A stretch of DNA of 21,703 nt from Bdellovibrionota bacterium (GTDB lineage: Bacteria > Bdellovibrionota > UBA1018 > UBA923), in the NCBI GenBank assembly GCA_040754655.1, contig JBFMCE010000065.1, positions 1-21,703 of the forward strand, in the 5' to 3' direction. The notes under the pieces are model-generated. The model saw only the letters and a program-made list of their open reading frames with translations, did not search any database and was not told where the DNA came from. Position numbers and translations under genes: made by a program. This document shows, in pieces, positions 9,301 to 15,779 of the stretch; positions within the stretch are counted from its first letter, which is position 1, and the number at the start of each line of letters is the position of its first letter.

Positions 9301-10172
9301 CGGTTCTTATAATTCTCTGGAACTGGTGTCGCATCGCTTCTGGTCTGATACTCGAATTCCACGGTACGCAGTGAGGCGAACGTTGTGGTGGTGTGCTTGG
9401 TGTAAGTGATGACTTGCGGAAGCACATCGCCATTGTAGTTGGCATAGGTGATATCGAAATAGTTTCCAAACTTGTCGACAACCTTATAAAGGTGCCAGCG
9501 GTAAATGCCGCGAGCAAAGGCGGTTCCAAAGTTCGTCTCCCAGGTAGCTGGGTACTGTGTTTGACCGCCCAACCCTGAGTGGTGAGAAGCGTCTCCGCCG
9601 AAGTAATACGTGTTTCCCGAACCATCGCGCATTTCCCAATAACAAGGCCCGTTGTTGCATTGGCCATGTGCGATGAAACGTTTCCAAGATTCGGTAGCCG
9701 TGCGATAGGTATTTCCGCCTTGGACTTCGCTTACGAAGCGCTCGCTTGGATTCGCAAGGCCTGAGCCATTGGAATTGAATGCAAAAGAATCTGCTGATGT
9801 GTAACGAACGCCGTTCCCGATGTTTACACGATCAATGGAGGGCAAGCCTGCCAAGTGAAAGCCCATGCCCAAAAGCCCACTGCCACTTTGCGAATCATAC
9901 TGAACAGAAAGATTGGGTTGCACCCCTTTTCGTCCGGCTGGCACATCAATGGGCAATGAATAAGCGAATGACCCGCGCGGGGTGACGGTGAAAGTGCCGC
10001 CAGGCGATTGAAGCTCTTTTGCAGTAGCTCCTTTGATCAGCGGGTCTGAGAGGATGTCTCCAGAGCTCGGGGCCGCCGCCGCAGTGATTTCGTTGTTCCC
10101 TTCTTGGGAATAAACAAGCGCAGAAGTCAGGCAACCTACGAACAAAACAAATGCGATCGATCGAAATCTCAT
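3387..10172 (-). CDS. Secreted RHS/YD-repeat polymorphic toxin with SpvB-like N-terminus and FG-GAP/VCBS repeats (TcB-TcC-like fusion)
   Basis: N-terminal signal peptide ([22 protein letters not shown]). SpvB-like '[35 protein letters not shown]'. Eight DxNxD(G/Q) repeats and many YD repeats. RHS core '[27 protein letters not shown]...[12 protein letters not shown]' followed by a ~281-aa C-terminal region. GAGGA RBS at 10179-10183. Confidence 0.93.
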   Translation of the reverse strand: [2261 protein letters not shown]

Positions 10173-10545
10173 GGCCGAATCCTCATTTTTTGTTTAAACG
10201 GGCGTCGTGTAACTTTTGTTTACATTTTTGTCAAAAACTCATTTTATTTAGAATGAATTTGAGAGACGGCATCTCAGCGTGGTTTTGCGGTCACGCAATC
10301 TTTGCTCTCAACCGCAAAGATTGAGGGCAAAAAATGAGAATGAATCATGAAAATATTAGATTGCGCAGAGGTGGACCGAATGAAATGGTTGTGCGAAGAC
10401 ATTTGGAGGCGAAAAATGGCTCGAAGAAGTAATGATCCGAAACATAATCCGGTCAAGCAACGCTCAATCGCCTGCTTGAGCCAATGGGGTTGCGATTCGC
10501 TGTCGCCCCAATCACAGGTCAACGAAGGAAGTGAGCGGCCCAATC

Positions 10546-11199
10546 ATGGAGAATAGTTACTGGAAAAAAAAGTGGGAGACCGGGGACATCCGTTTTCACC
10601 AAGATGGCGTTCATCCACCCCTCATTAAAAACGCGAATTTATTTCCGGCAGGAAAGATAGTGGTTCCTTTGTGCGGAAAGAGTCGAGATCTTCTCTATCT
10701 TAGTTCTCAAGGGCATGAAGTCACGGGGATCGAATTGAGTGCAATCGCTTGCAACGCCTTTTTTGATGAAAATGAAATACCTTTCAAACAGATAACAACG
10801 GGGGATTTCATTGTTTATCAGTCGGAGAAAATTTCCATCTGGTGCGGAGATTTTTTTAAGACGCCTAAAGAAGTCTTTTCAGGAATCTCCGGAATTTACG
10901 ACCGTGCGGCTTTGGTGGCGCTCCCAAAAGAAATGCGGATTGACTATGTGAAATACATACTGAGTCAGACAACTGAGTTGAGCAATTTAGGGATTCTGCT
11001 TTTTACGTTTGAATACCAAGATCCAGAAATCAAAGGACCTCCATTTTCAGTGGATAGGATAGAAGTAGAGGAGCTGCTCGGGTCAAAGTTTAAGATTAAA
11101 GAGATTTTTTCAGAAACCAACGGAGATTTTGTGAAGAACCATCCCAGGTTACAATCAAGGACCGTCACTGAAAAAGGTTACTGGCTCTCGGAAAAATGA
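10546..11199 (+). CDS. tpm: Thiopurine S-methyltransferase family SAM-dependent methyltransferase
   Basis: 'YWKKKWETGDIRFHQ...VVPLCGKSRDL...GIELS...CGDFF...YDRAALVALP...GPPFSV'. ATG 10546 preferred; GTG 10531 is an alternative start. Confidence 0.92.
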   Translation: MENSYWKKKWETGDIRFHQDGVHPPLIKNANLFPAGKIVVPLCGKSRDLLYLSSQGHEVTGIELSAIACNAFFDENEIPFKQITTGDFIVYQSEKISIWCGDFFKTPKEVFSGISGIYDRAALVALPKEMRIDYVKYILSQTTELSNLGILLFTFEYQDPEIKGPPFSVDRIEVEELLGSKFKIKEIFSETNGDFVKNHPRLQSRTVTEKGYWLSEK

Positions 11200-11248
11200 A
11201 ACGATCTTTGAAACAAAATCAGATTCCAGAGACGACGACCTCTGGCCG

Positions 11249-11282
11249 CCAGCCCGTTAACTCAACGGACTGGGGTTTATTT
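11249..11282 (+). terminator. Rho-independent terminator-like hairpin after tpm
   Basis: CCAG-C-CCGTT/AACTC/AACGG-A-CTGG followed by GGTTTATTT. A second hairpin CCAGAG/CTCTGG lies at 11226-11245. Confidence 0.55.
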
Positions 11283-11290
11283 ACTTATAA

Positions 11291-11382
11291 AATTGGCTCA
11301 GGGGGAAGGTGAGTCGATCCACCACCCTAAACTCCTGACGTTGAGATGGAATTCGGTTTTATAAACCAATCAGAGAACTGAT
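11291..11382 (+). repeat. Left copy of a 92-bp imperfect inverted repeat flanking the sulfur cassette
   Basis: Aligns without gaps to the reverse complement of 15780-15871 at 64/92 positions. The first 12 nt (AATTGGCTCAGG) are identical. Confidence 0.85.
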
Positions 11383-11703
11383 TTGCGATACATTGGGGTA
11401 CTGAGCAATCTGAGCCTGATATCTGTCGCTGCACTTTTGCTCTTGGTCACCACTTCCTTTGCTGGAGACAAAGATAAGAAGTCAGAAGTCGACAATGATC
11501 TCAAAGCCCATATTGAGATGCACGAGAAAACGGCGAAAGCTCACGAACGGACCGCCGAGTGCCTAAAAGATGGCAAACCAGTCGACGAATGCCGCGCAGA
11601 ATTCAGAAAAGCCCGCCCGGGCGATGGCCAAGGTTGTGGAATGGGGATGGCTCCAGGACACGGCCGAGGCATGGGTAAAGGCAGAGGTAAGCGGACTCAA
11701 TAG
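11383..11703 (+). CDS. Small secreted hypothetical protein with a Cys pair and His/Met/Gly-rich segments
   Basis: Hydrophobic signal-like N-terminus ending 'TTSFA', helical 'HIEMHEKTAKAHERTAECLKDGKPVDECRAEF' and tail 'GCGMGMAPGHGRGMG'. The TTG start is uncertain. Confidence 0.7.
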   Translation: MRYIGVLSNLSLISVAALLLLVTTSFAGDKDKKSEVDNDLKAHIEMHEKTAKAHERTAECLKDGKPVDECRAEFRKARPGDGQGCGMGMAPGHGRGMGKGRGKRTQ

Positions 11704-11750
11704 ACCGGCAATCAAGCCTACTACTTAGTTTCATTCAATTTGCGCCACTC

Positions 11751-11785
11751 TTGACATATTAGTATTTTATAATATACTGATATGT
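11751..11785 (+). promoter_or_regulatory. Sigma70 promoter overlapped by a 32-bp palindromic operator upstream of the ArsR regulator
   Basis: TTGACA (11751-11756), 16-bp spacer, TATACT (11773-11778). Imperfect palindrome ACATATTAGTATTTTA/TAATATACTGATATGT at 11754-11785 (14/16 pairs). Confidence 0.8.
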
Positions 11786-12085
11786 ATGATAGACGAGCAA
11801 CTTGCGAAAAGAGCAGAAGAAGTAAGCGCGGTCCTAAAGCAACTGGCTCATCCAGATCGATTGAAAGTTTTGTGCGGCCTTTTAGAGAAAGAAAAAACGG
11901 TCTCTGAACTGGTCAATTATGCAAAATCTTCTCAATCCTGGGTGTCGCAGTTCCTTGCTCGAATGAAGCTTGAGGGCATGGTTGATTCGAGAAAAGAAGG
12001 AAACTTCGTCTACTATCGAATCGCTGACCCTAAGATCAAAGAACTGATGCGTGCGATTTATAAAACGTACTGTAAAAAGGAGTGA
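11786..12085 (+). CDS. ArsR/SmtB-family repressor of BigR/SqrR/YgaV type (persulfide sensor)
   Basis: 'LKQLAHPDRLKVLCGL...SQSWVSQFLARMKLEGMVDSRKEGNFVYYRI...IYKTYC'. Has a Cys in helix 2 and a C-terminal YC, the two-Cys signature of this subfamily. Heads a sulfur operon. Confidence 0.9.
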   Translation: MIDEQLAKRAEEVSAVLKQLAHPDRLKVLCGLLEKEKTVSELVNYAKSSQSWVSQFLARMKLEGMVDSRKEGNFVYYRIADPKIKELMRAIYKTYCKKE

Positions 12086-12088
12086 GTC

Positions 12089-12631
12089 ATGAGTGAAGTC
12101 ATTTTAGATGTCAGAGAAAGAGACGAGTTTGAGGCAGAGCACATTGAGGGCTCGATCAACATTCCGCTCTCTCACTTTATGTCGGTGGCTCCCGGTGTGC
12201 TAAATCAGCTTCGAGACAAGAATGTCACCGTCATGTGCCGAAGCGGTAATCGCGCAAAACTTGCTGCCGGCGATATTGCAAAAATGGGCTACGCCGACAA
12301 AGTGACTGCCATAGTCTTTGAAGGCGGCATTCTTGAATGGAAAAAACAGGGAAAACCAACTGTCGTAAAGCGCAAAGGGCATTTGCCGATCTTACGTCAG
12401 GTACAACTCATCGCAGGAGCCTTAGTCTTTACCAGCACAATGCTTGGTGCATTCATTAGCCCCTGGTTTCTTGCTGTCAGCGCGTTCGTTGGCGCGGGAT
12501 TAATGGTTGCCGGAAGCACTGGCTTCTGCGGAATGGCTCAACTTCTCGCGTTCATGCCTTGGAATAAAACCCTGCTAGAAACCAAAGAAGAGCTCTGTCA
12601 GGTCAGTCCTAAATCAGGATGCTGTGAGTAA
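12089..12631 (+). CDS. Rhodanese domain fused to a DUF2892 membrane domain (YgaP-like)
   Basis: 'ILDVRERDEFEAEHIEGSINIPL', active loop CRSGNR, then 'ILRQVQLIAG...FVGAGLMVAGSTGFCGMAQLLAFMPWN'. AAGGAG RBS. Confidence 0.9.
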   Translation: MSEVILDVRERDEFEAEHIEGSINIPLSHFMSVAPGVLNQLRDKNVTVMCRSGNRAKLAAGDIAKMGYADKVTAIVFEGGILEWKKQGKPTVVKRKGHLPILRQVQLIAGALVFTSTMLGAFISPWFLAVSAFVGAGLMVAGSTGFCGMAQLLAFMPWNKTLLETKEELCQVSPKSGCCE

Positions 12632-12642
12632 AGGAGAATTTT

Positions 12643-13374
12643 ATGAATACGATTGTAAAAGATATCAGAGAGATCATCAAAGATGACTCCACTCTTCCTA
12701 AAGGCTGGCAAGCCAAAGTCATCATTAACGACGACAATATGACTTATGTCGTATGGAACGAAAACACGAAAGAAGCGCTGATCGTCGATCCTATGCGTGA
12801 AGACTGGGAGACGCTTGTTTCGATCGCAATGAAGGACTTGAAGGAGTATCGCTTTCTCGCTGTGGTCGATACACACACCCACGCTGACCACATCTCGTGT
12901 GCTGCGAATTTGGCTAACGAACTTAAAGTTCCGCTCATTCAGCACGTGCTTAGCCCAAGCAAACGCATTCACTTGCGTGTGAGTCAAGACACAGCCTTGC
13001 CAACGGCGGCTGGCCCACTAAAGTTCTTAGTTACGCCAGGACACACCGCCGAGTGCATCACGCCAATCTGGGGCCCGTTTCTATTTGGAGGCGACATGCT
13101 TCTCTATGGCGATACAGGGCGCGATGATCTGCCAGGTGGTGATCCCGAAGCCCACTGGGAAAGCATTCAGAAGATCAAAACCCATGTCACTCCAGAGACG
13201 CTTGTTCTTCCTGGTCACGATGGCGAAGGCGGCAGAGCTTCAAGCTGGAAACACCAACTTGAAATCAGCCCGGGTTTAAAGCAAGACAAACCAACCTTCA
13301 TCAAAGACGCGGGTTCCTATGTTGGACCATCGCCAAGAATATTGAAGGAGTCGCTTTATGAAAACTTCAAATAG
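12643..13374 (+). CDS. MBL-fold persulfide dioxygenase (ETHE1/PDO-like)
   Basis: THTHADH, TPGHT, LFGGD, GRDDLPGGD, LPGHD and a PDO-like C-terminal 'PSPRILKESLYEN'. Rhodanese/TauE gene context. Confidence 0.85.
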   Translation: MNTIVKDIREIIKDDSTLPKGWQAKVIINDDNMTYVVWNENTKEALIVDPMREDWETLVSIAMKDLKEYRFLAVVDTHTHADHISCAANLANELKVPLIQHVLSPSKRIHLRVSQDTALPTAAGPLKFLVTPGHTAECITPIWGPFLFGGDMLLYGDTGRDDLPGGDPEAHWESIQKIKTHVTPETLVLPGHDGEGGRASSWKHQLEISPGLKQDKPTFIKDAGSYVGPSPRILKESLYENFK

Positions 13375-13693
13375 CTCTATCAACATCAACTCTCTTCACG
13401 GACGTGTGAAAGAGCTTGGGAAAAAAGAGGTTGTTCTCGACGTAAGGAGTCGCGAGGAATACATGGATGGCCATGTCCCAGGCTCGATCAATATTCCGCG
13501 TGATGAAGTCGCCCGATACGCAGCCAAGCTCAAGTCGTATGATAGAATCTACGTTCATTGTCAGGCCGGCAAGCGCGCCCAATTGGCGTTCGCAGACCTC
13601 GAGAAGCAAGGTCTCACCAATCTTGTATGCGTGACAGGTGGCGGAATGGCCGACTGGATAGAGGCTGGTTACGAAATCGACAAAGGAGCATGA
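13358..13693 (+). CDS. Single-domain rhodanese (sulfurtransferase)
   Basis: 'VLDVRSREEYMDGHVPGSINIP', active loop CQAGKR, 'GGMADWIEAGY'. AAGGAG RBS; 17-bp overlap with the upstream gene. Confidence 0.92.
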   Translation: MKTSNSSININSLHGRVKELGKKEVVLDVRSREEYMDGHVPGSINIPRDEVARYAAKLKSYDRIYVHCQAGKRAQLAFADLEKQGLTNLVCVTGGGMADWIEAGYEIDKGA

Positions 13694-13700
13694 AAAGCTC

Positions 13701-14471
13701 ATGATCGCTCTTGGATATTTTGGAGCTGCAGTGATGGGGGTGACCCTTGGCCTCCTTGGTGGTGGAGGGTCCATTTTAGCAGTACTCATCTTCGCTTACC
13801 TCTTCAATGTTTCAGCTACAGCAGCGACGTATTATTCGCTATTTATCGTGGGAGTTTGTTCCGCAATCGGTGTTATTCCTTTCGCTCAAAGAAGATTGGT
13901 TGAAGTCAAAACGGCGCTTTTGTTCTTTGTCCCAGCAGCTATAGGTGTTTTTTTCTCGAGACGAATTATCCTGCCAAGGCTTCCAGAAAACAAAGATATG
14001 ATCATATTGGTAGCTTTTGCCATCGTTATGCTTGCAGCTTCATGGTCGATGATTCGAAAGAAGGCACCCGCAAAAATTCATATGAAAAAGAACCACTTGG
14101 GGCGCATCACTTTAAACGGCGTTGGTGTCGGTATTGCCACCGGCTTTGTTGGTGCAGGAGGTGGCTTTCTCATCGTCCCTGCACTAGTAAATGGCATTGG
14201 CCTCTCCATGGAAAAAGCCGTTGGCACTTCGTTATTTATCATCGCACTCAATTCATTGTCAGGATTTACAGGCGATTTAATTGCAGGAATACCTGTTCAA
14301 TGGAACTTAGTGCTCCCATTTTTGTGTGTCGCGCTTGTTGGGATGGTGGCTGGAACTCACCTTAATCGTTTCGTATCGAGTATTAAGCTTAAGTCAATAT
14401 TCGGATGGTTTGTATTGACTCTTGGATCACTTATAATCATCAAGCAGTTCTTAGAACTAACTGACTTTTGA
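13701..14471 (+). CDS. TauE/SafE family sulfite exporter
   Basis: Duplicated motifs 'GLLGGGGSIL' and 'GFVGAGGGFLIVPAL...AVGTSLFII', with about 8 hydrophobic segments. Confidence 0.92.
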   Translation: MIALGYFGAAVMGVTLGLLGGGGSILAVLIFAYLFNVSATAATYYSLFIVGVCSAIGVIPFAQRRLVEVKTALLFFVPAAIGVFFSRRIILPRLPENKDMIILVAFAIVMLAASWSMIRKKAPAKIHMKKNHLGRITLNGVGVGIATGFVGAGGGFLIVPALVNGIGLSMEKAVGTSLFIIALNSLSGFTGDLIAGIPVQWNLVLPFLCVALVGMVAGTHLNRFVSSIKLKSIFGWFVLTLGSLIIIKQFLELTDF

Positions 14472-14485
14472 ACTAAGATTCAATA

Positions 14486-15718
14486 ATGAGCCATGCAAAT
14501 ACCGTTATCAGTTTAGGGCTTAAGGAAAACCTTCTACAGTTTTCGCTTTTGGTCATCGTCAATGCGTTCGTTGGCGCCATGATCGGTATGGAGCGAAGCA
14601 TACTGCCGGCCCTTGCTGAACAAGAGTTTCATCTTGCGGCAAAAGCTGGGATTCTTTCATTTATTGTTATTTTCGGGTTAACAAAGGCTTTCACAAATTA
14701 TTTTGCAGGCCGATTATCAGATAACCTTGGAAGAAAAGTCGTTCTAATCGCTGGTTGGATCGTTTCGATTCCCGTCCCCTTTTTGCTGATGTGGGCGCCA
14801 AGCTGGAATTGGATATTATTTGCTAACCTCTTGCTCGGAATCGGCCAGGGCCTGACCTGGTCTACGACGGTGATAATGAAAATCGATCTCGTGGGCTCGA
14901 AACAACGAGGTCTTGCCATGGGCCTAAACGAATTTGCGGGATACTTCGCTCTTTCGTTGTCTGCGTTAGCAACTGGTTATCTCGCAGATCACTTCGGCCT
15001 TCGACCGCAACCATTTTATCTCGGAGTGGGCTACGTTGCTTTTGGACTAGCGATAAGCCTGCTTCTTGTGCGTGAGACCGTCGGACATGTAAGGCACGAG
15101 TCGACCAAGTCAGCCCCAGAAACGACAAAACTAACCCACAGACAGATCTTTTTTAAAACATCTTTTCAAGATCGCGACCTGTCTTCAATCACTCAAGCAG
15201 GCCTTGTGAATAATTTGAACGACGGAATGGCTTGGGGTTTATTTCCGATGCTCTTTGCGGCTTCAGGGCTTGAATTAAAGAGCATTGGAATCCTTGCTGC
15301 TATTTACCCTGCGACATGGGGTTTGACCCAGCTTTGGACGGGGCATCTGTCAGATAGCTTTGGCAGAAAATGGATGATCGCATTCGGCATGTGGGTTCAA
15401 GCAATCGGAATTGCCATTACCGCTATTTCTACATCGATGTTAAGTTTTTCAATCGGCGCGGTTCTTTTGGGAATTGGGACTGCGATGGTTTATCCAACTC
15501 TGTTGGCAGCAATCGGTGACGTCACCCACCCGAGTTGGCGAGGCTCGGCTGTAGGCATCTATCGACTATGGCGGGACGCAGGTTATGCCTTTGGAGCTCT
15601 TATCGCAGGATTTACCGCTGATTATTTTGGCGCCACTACCGCTGTATGGCTAGTCGCAGCTATCACTACGCTGTCCGGTATTGTGGTTGCTCTGCGCATG
15701 AGAGAGACATTAAAATGA
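14486..15718 (+). CDS. MFS transporter
   Basis: About 12 hydrophobic segments. MFS motif A occurs twice ('GRLSDNLGRK', 'GHLSDSFGRK'). Confidence 0.92.
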   Translation: MSHANTVISLGLKENLLQFSLLVIVNAFVGAMIGMERSILPALAEQEFHLAAKAGILSFIVIFGLTKAFTNYFAGRLSDNLGRKVVLIAGWIVSIPVPFLLMWAPSWNWILFANLLLGIGQGLTWSTTVIMKIDLVGSKQRGLAMGLNEFAGYFALSLSALATGYLADHFGLRPQPFYLGVGYVAFGLAISLLLVRETVGHVRHESTKSAPETTKLTHRQIFFKTSFQDRDLSSITQAGLVNNLNDGMAWGLFPMLFAASGLELKSIGILAAIYPATWGLTQLWTGHLSDSFGRKWMIAFGMWVQAIGIAITAISTSMLSFSIGAVLLGIGTAMVYPTLLAAIGDVTHPSWRGSAVGIYRLWRDAGYAFGALIAGFTADYFGATTAVWLVAAITTLSGIVVALRMRETLK

Positions 15719-15779
15719 TAATTTTTGCTGCCCATCTCTAGCTACAAACAGGTCGTTTGAGTATCTCGGAGTATCGGTC

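Noticed and set aside
3628..10134. Numerous 60-140 aa alternative-frame ORFs within the rhs gene (and similar ones inside other genes, e.g. 15914-16264)
   Set aside because: Shadow ORFs fully overlapping well-supported genes, with no motifs.
10274..10556. Short ORFs (69 aa +, 89 aa -) and loose hairpins (TGGCTC…GAGCCA; TGGGG…CCCCA) upstream of tpm, considered as a riboswitch or third repeat copy
   Set aside because: Similarity to the 92-bp repeat is limited to TGAGCCAAT. No riboswitch motif I recognise, and the ORFs lack recognisable features.
11292..11381. The two repeats translate to similar peptides (IGSGGR*VDPPP*TPDVEMEFGFINQSEN* vs IGSGGGRYDPTHRPPDMKTEFHSINQLGN*)
   Set aside because: Mismatches fall evenly across codon positions (10/8/10), the left copy has two internal stops, and there is no start codon. 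The similarity is nucleotide-level, not coding.
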